Below, piece after piece: positions 42,054 to 54,598 of a stretch of 64,000 bases of DNA; the first letter of the stretch is position 1, and each line of letters opens with the position of its first letter. The translations under genes were made by a program, and so were the position numbers. The notes below the pieces were generated by a model. It had not been told where the DNA came from, searched no databases, and worked only from the letters and a program-made list of their open reading frames with translations. Origin of the DNA: Octopus vulgaris (lineage: Eukaryota); NCBI GenBank assembly GCA_951406725.2, contig OX597826.1, forward strand, positions 17,112,001 to 17,176,000. The letters are read 5' to 3'.

Positions 42054-43040
42054 AGCAATCGTGAAGCAACTTCTTATTCAAACTTTCGGCTTCTTGGCCT
42101 TAGAGTAAGGATTATTTGCCAACATAATGTGCCAGTTTTGGTAAGGACGATTGTTACTGTTATTTTACCCCAGGAAACATCGTCTCCAGCTGTTATACGA
42201 CACACTATATGTGTCCTTATATTTTCGAACAAGGGAGTTTAGCGTCCCCAATCACCTCAAAGCATTATCTGCCACCAATGGTTTATGGATTATTTCCCTT
42301 CTTCAGCACAGAATAACTGCTCGGCTAGAGATGGCGCCACTAAACTCTTGTCCGAAATATATACTTTTCAAAGCCACACCAACACAAATAAATAAAAAAA
42401 TTATTATTCCCAAATCTCTGAACGAGGGACACTCAGTAACAGTAATCTAGAGTAAAGATTATTTGCCAACATGATGTGGCAGTCCTGGTTAGAAAAATTG
42501 CTACTGTTTTTTAGCCCCAGGAAACATCGTCTCGAGCTGGCTATACGGCACACTATCTTCGACATTATATCTTCGAACCAGGGAGTTTAGCGTCCCCATT
42601 CAGCTCTAAGCAAAAACTGCGTAACAATGGTTTCTTGGTTCAACTACCATCCGTGAAACATCTGTATTCCTCACCATGCCTGTCATCTCTTATGTCCCAG
42701 CTGTAAGGCTTCCCTTCTACACACGCCAGCTTGATTTATTCCGTCCTTAGTCGAAAGACACCTGTTGTTATGTCCTGTTATTTGCATTTGTATTTGTGTA
42801 CCATTTCTCCGTATTTTTTCCGTCCTTGTCTTCGTATACATTCACTGCTTTCTTCCAAGGAATCTAGTGCTCTTAGCTTAGTTCTTCCTTGGGGTTGGCC
42901 AGATTGGAGCAATCTCGAGTATAACCAGCCGAAATTGCAAAGATAATCTGGAATTCGACTGAGGAAAAAAACTTCGAATGACCCGTCCCTTTTTGTATTC
43001 CTTTTTATATACATATTGCGGCGTACGTACACTTTGTTCT
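42050..43040. repeat. Unclassified repeat containing a diverged direct duplication (~42100-42290 and ~42447-42640)
   Basis: tagagtaa.gattatttgccaacat...ccccaggaaacatcgtctc.agctg...tcgaac.agggagtttagcgtcccca occurs twice. Confidence 0.7.
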
Positions 43041-43411
43041 TTCTCTCTCTCTCTTTATATATATATATATATATATATACAAAGGAGCGTGAAATATCTA
43101 ATGTGATTTGTATGCAATCATAATATACTATAAATTACATTAAATATTTTTTAGAAGTCAATCTCGCGTTCTGCTGCATAACAGTGCACTTTCTATAGTT
43201 TTTCATCTTCGGTCTCATTGTTTGTTTACATCTGACGTCTGGTATACGAAACATCGTAGCTAAAATCAGTGCTGGCTATGATTTCTATAGGATATCTACA
43301 GACATAAGTTCAATAAATAACATCATAAATAAGTAACAAAAATATATCTATGCATTTAAGTGTTTAAGTGTAACAGAAAAGAATCTGCAAAAACAAAACA
43401 GTGGTACTTAC

Positions 43412-44235
43412 TTGCCCTCGCTCTTCTGTCTTTCACCAGTGTCACCCAGTTTTAAAATGGCATTTGATAATGCCTCTGTATAGGCTGTGTCTTTCCGTAC
43501 AGCAAATCCATAACCTTTCAAATCGAATGGATTTCCGATTTCCATAAGATCGCATTTGTCAGCAATTTCCCATCGAAGTGTCGGAGAATCCCAGATAAAG
43601 GCATATTTGGTGTTTCTTGCTCTAGCTAATCCTTCTTCTACCCTTTGTACAATGCTCTTGTCATTAAATCTCATATGGAGCCACATCTTACTATAATGAC
43701 TAATATTGGTGTGCTTGAAAAAGTCTTCAATTTGGCTCTCATTTACCGTTCCATAGTCATATGCTGTTTGATATGCTAGGTCTGCTGCGTTTTCTATTGG
43801 TAAATAAATGTTAGTAACAGTGAGAAAAGCAGCAAGATTGGCTGTGTACACAGATATGATAATCAGTGAAAAAAGCCACCATGAACTACTTATGATTCTA
43901 CTAGATACTGCTAATGGGGAGCTCTTCAGACTTCCACGTAGTAATGTTCCCCATATGTACCAAAAGCTCTCGAGGAAGTTGTGCGTATATTTGCGGTGTT
44001 TGTCAGAGTTGACTCGACTCACGCCAAACAGTGCAAGGCTGACCACGAGAAAGGATAAAAATATTGCAATCCACACATAGTTTGATAACGGAAATAAAAA
44101 CTGAAACATCCACACTGTTCTCTGTGGCTTCTTTACGACCACTGTGGTACCTTTCGTCATGAATGACTTGGTAAAGTCCACCACTTGTGATCGCTCAGGG
44201 GTAACGCTAAATGGTGCCAAAGCAACATCAGCTTT
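43412..44235 (-). CDS. iGluR-family gene, large exon covering the end of S1, M1, M2 pore loop, M3 and most of S2
   Basis: KADVALAPFSVTPERSQVVDFTKSFM, WWLFSLIIISVYTANLAAFLT, YGTV, YAFIWDS, CDLMEIG, KGYGFAV. Acceptor tttcag, donor gtaagt; 824 nt ending in phase 2 (AA). Confidence 0.97.
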
Positions 44236-44239
44236 CTGA

Positions 44240-44429
<190 letters not shown>

Positions 44430-44679
44430 GCAATCATAATGATAATCATATTAATAATAATAAAGCATAAACGAAACAGAATATATTACGTAACATCAGA
44501 ATATGTACAGAGAAACAAGCATATTATTTCAGATAGCCCAGTCTTAGAGCCAAGAAGAATACATTTAGAATTAAAATTCATCTGAAGCTTTCAAACGTTG
44601 AAAATTTTGCCAGTATGTCAAAGGTGGTGAGGATAATAATAGTAATGTTTGAGCACCAGAAAATAATTTCGAATTTAGT

Positions 44680-46541
44680 ACAACTGAGAAACAAACTTCC
44701 TTTATAAGCATTAAATCATGAAGTTAGCGCTCATTCTTTCATTTTAATACACGCAGTTGGTGCTACCCATTTAGAATAATCCACTTTTTGAATAATTCCA
44801 TTTTCTCTAGTCTGTCTAATTCTTCCTCTACCTGTTTTATCGTAGCAAAAGGTACCTTTTGAACACAGGTACAACGTTTTCATATACTTACAAACAAGTC
44901 TGTATCTTAGTACAAAGACCTAATTTACCCAACAGCACTTCAAAGAACAAGTTTTTAAATATTTTCTTCAACTCAGCTGATGCGTTATTTTGAGTGGTAG
45001 GAAAGCCATTTAATTTTTACAGTACAGACTTATGACAAGATCCCATGAGACGAACGACTCCATCCAGTCCGTACTGAACAGGCTGGTTGTATCTTTTAAC
45101 AGGAAAACTTTTGCTCCACTGGTTTTAACACGAAATGTAATATCGCTCCACATTTCGCCAACGAAGTATAGTTTTTTTACCTGTCACACTTCGTGCAATT
45201 TTCGATGTTTTTTAAACTTAGGTTTCCCAATTCTTTTCCACGTGTCGGTATCAATAATCGAAATGTCGCTACCAGTAACTAGTTGTAATTTAATATTCAC
45301 TTCATTTAATTTTACATGTAAAATTTCCTCTTTTTGGTGTCGTTCCTATTTTCCGTTGAGAAAACTTTAGAATTTATGTTCGATCTTCTAGACTTTGCAC
45401 TGGCAACTGTAAAATTTCCGCGTTTTGAAAGGACAGTCTTTCTTGAAATGTAGGCCTCCACCTCTGTAGCATGGGTTTGGTCCTAACATTCTTGTTTTTG
45501 TCTATTCCTTCCCGGTCAACGTGCCTGTATTTGTGAGAAGTCCTTCTATTCTATATTTTTTACGTCCTGTCACAAGTTTACCATTCTTTGACACTCCTCT
45601 GCAATTGTCTGTAGGCTTAAACTCTGGTCCGCTTGTTTAGGTTTTGTGAGAATTCCTGCCCGTGTTGCCGCATTTTTGTTTGCCGTCAGCCCTTGTACAA
45701 AGAAGAGGCACTTAAGCATATCAGGAGTTAGTTCCTTCAGTTTAAGCCTTTCGCACATTCTGTTTACGGTGCCAGTATACGTGACAAAGACTTCATCCGC
45801 TTTTTAAACTAGATTGTAGCATTCCCCCCAAAGAGTATTAAATAGGGAACTCTTATCACTGAACAATTTTAATAGTAATTCAACTGTTTCCTATAAACAA
45901 ATTTCACTAGATTTTGGGGTAGTATATAGAGTTCTCTATTGTAGAGTTCGATACGCCGTCTGGTAAAAACGAACCTATAATGTTTCCAGACATCCATATT
46001 AATTCCAGCAACTGCTGTTAGACTCTTGGGTGCTTTGTTCGACTCTTGAGTATTCTTGTTTGACTCTTGAGTATTCTTGTTTGACTCTTGGGTGCTATTG
46101 TTCGACTCTTCAGTACTGTTGTTTCACTCTTTCAGATGTTGTTGCTACACTCCTACTGGTGTTCTTCAAGTTACTTATTCAACAGAATTATAGAAGCTAA
46201 TAGGTCTTCCATAATTGACAACTAGATATCACAAAAATTTGCATGAGCTCCGAATCCTCGGCTCCAATATTGTTGTATCGTCAATTGTTACGACGATACT
46301 TTTTTGCACTATAACCGTGTAGTAACAATAAAATATGTAACGAAGGGCAACAACAACGTAACAATCCAACAAACTCTCCAAGAGCTATACTCGAATCAAC
46401 AGGCTATATTCAGACAACTACCAAAACGACACCTTACGACTTCCTGCAATTAACGCCTATTCTCTCTCATCTCACTCAGACCGCTACTATTTATTGGGTC
46501 AGTCTATTCTGGCTGGCGGTGTCGTAACTCTCGCTACAACA
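44680..46541 (-). mobile_element. Gypsy-type LTR retrotransposon remnant (5' LTR, PBS, gag, protease, start of RT)
   Basis: LTR 46271-46541 (TG...CA with inverted ends) and PBS-like TGGAGCCGAGGATT just inside it. Gag KCLFFVQGL, zinc knuckle CYRGGGLHFKKDC, protease LVTGSDISII, and EEELDRLE...YSKWVAP. Confidence 0.85.
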
Positions 46542-46544
46542 ATA

Positions 46545-46933
46545 TCTTTCTATATATAAACGGCAAAATGTCTGTGTGTGTGTGTGTGCGTGTGTGTATG
46601 TGTGCGTGTCCATTATACAAATCCACAATTTTTCAGTTAGAGGGCTCGCACTTTCTATGATCATTCAAAACCGTCCAAGGGTGGTCGTGCACATCTTTAA
46701 ATTTCCCCAGTCACACCGCAAAGCCATTAAAAAATCAATAGAAGATACTTTTTTGTGAATTTTTTATCCGAAACCCAATCAAATTCCCGAAACTTAATAC
46801 GCCAATTGAATGCCAGCTAGCTGTATGTGATTGGTCGGAGATTTGGATAGTACTCGCGTGTATGTGTGCACGCACGCAGCTGTATATGTATGCACTAGCA
46901 CTATGACCCGGCGTTGCCGGGTCATAATGCTAG
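46545..46933 (+). mobile_element. Non-autonomous Helitron-like element
   Basis: A|TC 5' end (tctttctatatataaa), internal GT microsatellite, subterminal GC hairpin gacccggc-gtt-gccgggtc, CTAG|T 3' end; no TSD. Confidence 0.75.
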
Positions 46934-47401
46934 TCCGTATATACATGTCAATATGTATTCAATAGCGCTTCTGGGTGTGACTCGATTAAATGACTATGAT
47001 TTTTCCTTCTCAGTGACCAAACATCTTTTAGATGGTGGGTTAGTTTAATTTTTATCCATGAAGTAGTTGAAATATGGAACTGAACAGCTGTGCAAAATAT
47101 TTAATTGTTTTACATTTCATTTCCAAGTAATATTCACATGTTGCTTTTAAAATTATGCATTTGGTGTATTTAGGGATCATTACCTTTGGTAGCATCGCAA
47201 TATAGCATTTGAAAATGACACGTAAATCGAAATACTTTGGATTCATATACTAGTTTGATATTAACACAATTGCACACACATTTAAAAAAAAAACAGAAAT
47301 TACAATAAAAGCACATAGGCTTATAATTATATATCAGCGTAATGTAGGGTAATATGAAATAAAAACTAAAAAGTAAGTTGTATGTGATACTTGGTGCTTA
47401 C

Positions 47402-47623
47402 ATTATCCATTAGTTCTCGAATCATTCCTGTCCAACCTCTTTTCTTCTTGCTGCCAAATTTTCCATCGGGTGCGAGATAAATTTCAAATTGAAATTTTAA
47501 AATCTTTGACATGGCTTTAAGTATATCAATGCAAAACCCCTCCAACTGCAGGTTATTTCTGGACTTAACAGGATCATCGTTTAGATAATCGGTGGAGTTT
47601 CTCACTTGAACAAAAGGTGGTTC
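47402..47623 (-). CDS. iGluR-family gene, S1 exon (EPPFV...LEGFCIDIL...DGKFG...WTGMIRELMDN)
   Basis: Canonical S1 motifs GFCIDIL, DGKFG and WTGMIREL. Acceptor attcag, donor gtaagc; 222 nt, phase 0/0. Confidence 0.95.
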
Positions 47624-47976
47624 CTGAATAGAATAAAAGAACATTTTATTATGTGCAGCAGCATTTGACAAAGTCAGAATCGTAGATTCCCACCTACTGT
47701 GCTCCTCTTTCTCTCCCTCTTATCATCCCCCCTCTCTCTCCTTCTCTCATATTTTTATTTACATATATATATATACATACACCATACACACACACATAGG
47801 CGACTTAACATGAAATCCTTATAGGACAATGTGACATTCATTTGACTAAAGTATCTTTGGTCTGAAGAATAGCTAGTAGCAGAGTACCCTTCGTTTGAGT
47901 AATTACTACTTCCGAAGTTCTACTAACTAGGAGACCTATGTAGCTTCAATTTTATCTATTCCATTCTCTAATTTTG

Positions 47977-48410
<434 letters not shown>

Positions 48411-48586
48411 CGAGAAACTTTATCGATCACTACAACTGTTTCCACCTATATAGCATCTACATCGAGGGATACACCTAAACTAGATGTTCAGTATCCTACC
48501 GACATGGGATCTTCCGTCTTTCCCATGAATCATATATACTTTATATATATATATGTGTGTATTTATGTGTGTGTATATATATATAT

Positions 48587-48874
48587 ATAGCAAAGTGAGG
48601 AATACGTGTAACTTCATTACAGCTGTTTCCAGCGGATTTCTTAAATCGATTAATGAGTACATTACATCATAACTAAAAAAAACGACTGCTTTTATATGAT
48701 GATGCATAACATTTCAACACAATACAAGAATAGTACCTTACCACAGTAGGCCAGTCGAACATGATACCAGCCGAAGCTGGATTGGAAGTTCTGATGTAAT
48801 GTATTCATTAACCTATTAAAGAATTCCGCTGGAAACGTCTGCAATGAAGTGACGCGTATCCCTCATTTTGCTAT
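48587..48874. repeat. Imperfect inverted repeat, arms 48587-48674 and 48787-48874
   Basis: atagcaaagtgaggaatacg...acattacatcataact vs agttctgatgtaatgt...cgtatccctcattttgctat. Confidence 0.85.
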
Positions 48875-49366
48875 TTATTTATTTGTTCATAACATACCAC
48901 ACTAGAATCCCGATCCGTCAGATATTCTGGAGTATACCAAATAGCGTACGACCTACACAACGTACACTTTACAATTAGGTCACAGATTTATTTAAGATTT
49001 ATTTATACTTGCAGTCTTTAGGCTAATTTCCAACTCACCTGTGTTCTGATTAATACACTGCATACAAACAATGCAACTAGAACCTGGTGAATTAGTGTCT
49101 TATATAGAAAATTAATATGGACAGCTTTGAGAATTGTAACCAAAAATGAAAACTATAACTGTCACTAAATATGACTAGGGTGTAAGAACACCTACATTGC
49201 TAGAAATAGTGTAGGTGAAATACCCTAATCAATCGAATCGAGTGGTCCCTACTGACGACGCTACGAAGTTAGCCGAAACTGACTGATCAGTAAAGAGAAT
49301 TCTCGACCGGTGTTACTTGCAAACTTCCTACATTTGGAACCTTGGATCTTACTTACTTATATATAC

Positions 49367-49440
<74 letters not shown>

Positions 49441-49970
49441 GAGTGAGAGAGCAGTGCATGCCATCAAAGTGACACTGGGGTACAAATATACGAAGCCCAG
49501 TGTACCCATCAGGCACATGCATCACAACTATATGTGCATGACATGGTGATCTCAGATCAAGATAAACAGCACATGACTTTGCAGGTGGGGCCCAGTTAGG
49601 AATTTCCTTCTGGTCGAGTAACCCATCCCGCTCAAAAGGTCCCTGAATAAGGGTTGTTTAAGGCTGTTGAATGAAACACCCATGTTTCCAGAGGTGAATT
49701 ATTCAAACCCCAAAGAATCCCTCCCAACACACGGCTATGATGCTCCCCCACTACTTCTGCTCGTGATCAGAGATGCACATATCGTCAGCCACTAAGGGAC
49801 ATGCTTAACTGGTTAAGATCAAACAACTGACATGCAAATATGTGGTACTGAGCAGAATATTTGTTGTAGCCCATCTTTTATACCAAGACAAAACAAGGTA
49901 CATGATAACACTTCCAGCCAGTTAAGATCAGAAGCCATGAGAGCCACTGCCTAGTACTGCATCAGGGCAT
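49441..49970. mobile_element. Most complete copy of repeat family C, flanked on both sides by (TAT)n
   Basis: About 530-bp unit between TAT tracts; three other partial copies in the window. Confidence 0.82.
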
Positions 49971-49976
49971 TTATTA

Positions 49977-50034
<58 letters not shown>

Positions 50035-50090
50035 TCTTGTTATTATCATTATTATTATCATTATTACTATTGTTATTATCATTATTATTA

Positions 50091-50125
<35 letters not shown>

Positions 50126-50126
50126 T

Positions 50127-50187
<61 letters not shown>

Positions 50188-50727
50188 CATCATTAACTAA
50201 CGATCCAGAGAAGGAGTTAAGGATTAAGAACATTAGTTAGAATATAGAGAAATACTACATAATCCAAGCTTATTCCAACGGTTATATCGAATTGCTTCCA
50301 TAAAGTTTTAAAACTGCATTCTCTTTCGCTTACGTCTTGCATTAGACTACTTGCTGTTATAATTAAATTTCTCTATCAATAATTACCTTTTCAGATAAGA
50401 TTCATTAGTTTGTTGAAAATTAATTAGATATGCTTGCTCTTTAGGGAATTTCGATCTAGAACGTAAATTTATTTATGTATGCACTTCATATATACCTTTC
50501 CACTTCACTATAACATATGCCGATTATATTATTAACTTCTGGGAAATGTTTTCACAAATATTTTTACACTGTTTTAATATTATTTATCAGAATTAAATTT
50601 TCTGATTTTACTTCAAAGATATAATAGTAAAAGCAACTGCCTCTCCGATCTTTGCATGAAACAACGAATAAATTCGTTTTGTGCATTTGATGATATTGGT
50701 TGATTATTGTTTATGTGAAAGCATTAT

Positions 50728-50930
50728 GGAGCTGGCAGAATCGTTAGCGCACCGGGCGAAATGCTTCGCGGGATTTTGTCCGTCTTCACGTTCTGAGTGC
50801 AAATTCCGTCGACTTTGCCTTTTATCCTTTTCGGAATCGATGAAGTAGATACCAGTTGAGCATTGAGTTCGATGCAATCGATTTAGCCCCTTCCCCAAAT
50901 TGCTGGCCTTTTGCCAAAATTTGAAATCAA
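50728..50930 (+). mobile_element. tRNA-derived SINE family A; a second partial copy at ~51080-51240
   Basis: ggagctggcagaatcgttagcgcaccgggcgaaatg. Confidence 0.8.
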
Positions 50931-51496
50931 TATTATTCGTCAGAATAAAATTTTCTAATTTTACTTTATAATAGTAAAATCACTTGCCTCTCTGATCTCA
51001 GCATGAAACAGCGAATAAATTGGTTTTGAGTACGTGACAATATTCGTTGATTATTGTTAACGTATAAGCATTGTGGAGTTTAGCCGAAGTCGCTTTTGCT
51101 TTTCATCATTTCGGGGTCAATGAAATAAGTACCAGTCGTATACTGGGATCGATGAAACAAGTACTAATCACATATTGGAATCGACGTAATCGTTTAGTCT
51201 CCTACCCTAACTTTCAAGCTTTGGGCCTATAGTACAAAGGACTATGTAATTTACCGAATTCGGTTGGTTATCTAAATGATTATTACAAAGCGTTATTGTT
51301 ACAAATAGACTTATATCCAACGAGGTCTTTTTATTGGAAATGATATGCTTATACTCATATTTGCAACGCTGGATGATTTAAAAATTACTAGATATTAAAG
51401 ACAAACAGAAGCTTTATTACTTAAGAAAATGCTCTATTTATTACAATATAGGGTCACGACCTTGTGCTTATATACACTCACACACACATACAGTAT

Positions 51497-51535
<39 letters not shown>

Positions 51536-51700
51536 GATGGATTTTCAGTTTCCGTCTATCAAATCCACACACAAGGTTTCGTAAGGTTTCGTTCGGGTGG
51601 GGCTATAGTAGAAGACACTTGCAGCAGGTTACACGCTTAAGGTCTGAACCTAGATCAATAGGTTGGGAAGGGAGCTTCTTACCGTACACAAGTACATACC

Positions 51701-52045
51701 TCACTAAGCTGACTAAGGCTAGTAGTCAGCCCCGGTATTGCTAGAAATAATTGTCAGAACAACTCTTAGTGACGAGGAGCACTTATTCAATGACTGATTC
51801 CTACGCTATTTTCTATAAACTGACAATGCGTGTTACCTTTAACCCTCGGCAACTGGGTGATAGTCACTGATGAGGATAAATCAAATCCAAAATCATCGAT
51901 GATAGGGCTCTGTCTAGCTTGCTGTAGGGAGCTAGACTCCCTTGTCAGTCATTAGATAAGCGCTTCTCGTGGCTAAGATTTGTTCTGACTCATATTTCTA
52001 ACAATACTGGTGCTGACTAGTTAGTACCCTTAGTCACCTTAGTGA
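51701..52045. repeat. Foldback element with ~110-125-bp imperfect arms and a degenerate hammerhead (51862-51909) in the loop
   Basis: tcactaagctgactaagg...aatgactga vs tcagtcatt...ccttagtcaccttagtga. Loop: agtca CTGATGA ggat..atcc AAAA tcatcgatga TA gggct. Confidence 0.7.
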
Positions 52046-53223
52046 CGTCTGTTTATATATATGTGTGTGTGTGTGCGTGTTTATGTATGTATGTAAGTAT
52101 GTATGTATGTATATATGTATGCATGTATGTGTGTATGTATGTATTTATGCATGTATGTATGTATATATATGTGCATATGTATGTATGTATGTAGGTATGT
52201 ATGTATGTATGTATTATGTATTATGTATGTATGTATTATCATCTGTATGTATTAACAATTTAAGGTTTATTTATTCTTTGAATCTTTTAGGCTAATTTCC
52301 AACTCATCAGTATCCGGATTAATACACTGGATACAATCAATTCAACTAGAACTGGTGAATTAGTGTCTTATCTGTTTCGTTAGAATACCAGTTTATCAGA
52401 GTTAATTATTTCCTTTCGTGACTGATCACAGGGTTTTTCCATTTCCTTCACCCAGAGAGATTTAGACAAAGTTCTCCACAGCGGGAAATGAACTCAAAAT
52501 CTATACAACAGGAACAATTAAGGCAAGCCACGTTTTCCGGCACTCTAACTAGTCTTCCAGCACTTAATCCTTTTGCTGGCAGAGATAATGGCATCAAAGT
52601 TCATTTTGGCGAAACTCAATGTGCCTGAACGAATAGTGAAAAGTAGTCTTTCCGACGCTCTCACGTTTCTACCAGCACACTGCCTATTTGTCGCAGAAAT
52701 AATGGTTTCTCGTTTAGTACAAGTCCAGGGATATTTTTTAGTGAAGCAGGTACTCGATATCATCAACCTCAGTATTTGTCTGTGATGTAGAGTTAACCTC
52801 CATAGAATTTAAACTTATAATGTAAGGAGCCGGAATAAATGCCACAAATCGCTTCTTCCGAGATTCTAATTATTGTAATAATCAACTGCACGTTAGGAAA
52901 AATAACGTAAATAATAATTAGCAGTTTATTTGTATTTTGGGAGATCATTATGCCTATAATTAATACGCACAGAAACAAAATAAATAATGAATGCACAAAG
53001 ACAGACAGACAGACAAACAGAAAGAAAGAAAGAAAGAAAGTAAGAAAGAATTGGGAAGATAAGGAAAGTAAACGGAGTTACAGGGCTAAAGAATTAAAGG
53101 AAGCTTTCGAATCAGTATGTCTATATCAAACATCAGTCATACTTCAAATACCTGCCTAGTATTGTTTTTTGAGTGAGATAAAAACTTTTTAAGAAATGAA
53201 AATACTGAAGAAGCAGAACTTAC

Positions 53224-53352
53224 TATGATGGTTACTACTCTAAGAGGCTTCGTTCCAAAGATGTCTCCGCGGTACCGTGGAACACTGCTAACACTTCGAT
53301 TGATCATAATTCTCGAGTCTCTGGTCTTCGGACCGCTACGCCAGGTACTGCG
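53224..53352 (-). CDS. iGluR-family gene, exon encoding the end of the ATD/linker and start of S1 (RSTWRSGPKTRDSRIMINRSVSSVPRYRGDIFGTKPLRVVTII)
   Basis: Not in the ORF track. Acceptor ttcttgtcttag and donor gtaagt flank a 129-nt open frame. LRVVTII joins EPPFV of the next exon in phase 0, matching the iGluR S1 start motif. Confidence 0.85.
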
Positions 53353-53611
53353 CTAAGACAAGAATAACATTTTATAACACCAAAGCTGGAATGAGGTTTA
53401 AAACGACTATATAAGGAAAGAACATGATTAGCAGGTGTTTGTGCGCGATTGACTTTAGCTCTCAAGTTAAACTACAGTGACTGAGAGCAACATTTTTCAC
53501 ATACACACACACATTCAGCATTTAATATATATATATGTGTGTGTGTGCTTAAGTATGCTTGTGTAATACACAGACACACACACACACAGACACACACACA
53601 CAGACACACAG

Positions 53612-53646
<35 letters not shown>

Positions 53647-53980
53647 ACTGGTTTGCCTTTTGATATCGATGAACGGATTCTTAAGTAAGTGTTTGGAATT
53701 TTGAAAAGAAATTGGTTGACGGAAGCATTATGGAAACTCATCACAGATATGAGTGTGTATTCAAGAGAGACGGTGAGTGTGTGTTTGTGCTTGTGTATGC
53801 ATTATTGGCGTGGGTACTTGCACATATATACATGCATTCAATGTTTACAACTTACGCGATATTTTGAATGAAATATATGATGTCACATAACTTGGTAATT
53901 ATAATCTACACATATACGTCACCTGAGATTATATATCCAGGCATACGTGTGTATGTGTGTGTGTGTGTGCGTGTGTGTGT

Positions 53981-54172
53981 AGGGAGAGTTTACGAAAAAA
54001 ACAAAAGACGATGACAGGTGGTGTACAAGACAAACAGAAGTATTAGTATAACGTTCAGGAATAGAAAAAGTATTTTACGTTTCGAGCCTACGCTCTTCTA
54101 CAGAAAGGGACACAGAAAAAACAAGGAGAGAAAAAAATGTGTGTAGTGGGTAACGATCAATCATGGCGACTA
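53981..54172 (-). mobile_element. Second copy of the 9113-9300 repeat with a variant hammerhead (54072-54107)
   Basis: Reverse complement of 9113-9300. Confidence 0.7.
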
Positions 54173-54227
<55 letters not shown>

Positions 54228-54556
54228 CTATCATGAAATAAAATGTATGTGGTTACCACCAACACTTGACAGAAATATTCTCTTTATTATGCCTACATCA
54301 TTTGTATGCATGCAGTATGTATTGTCTATTGATATCAAGGATCATCCGAAATGACTAGACATAACGAAACACAAAATAAGAAAACGGTATTCAAGCCCGC
54401 AAACACGCAGATGCACACATATTTATGCACACAAACACATGCTTGTACACATACATTCCTACACACTCACGTATACAAGCACACACTCATGTGTGTGTGT
54501 GTATGTGTGTGTGTGTGTGCGCGCGTGTCAGTGTGTGTGTGTGTGTGTGTGCGTGT

Positions 54557-54598
<42 letters not shown>

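Noticed and set aside
46010-46150. ~21-bp tandem repeats resembling a CRISPR or regulatory array
   Set aside because: There are no unique spacers; the repeats lie in the low-complexity 5' part of the Gypsy gag.
52545-52785. Overlapping 70-73 aa ORFs with ordinary composition
   Set aside because: No splice signals consistent with the iGluR frame (the flanking exons already join directly) and no recognisable domain.
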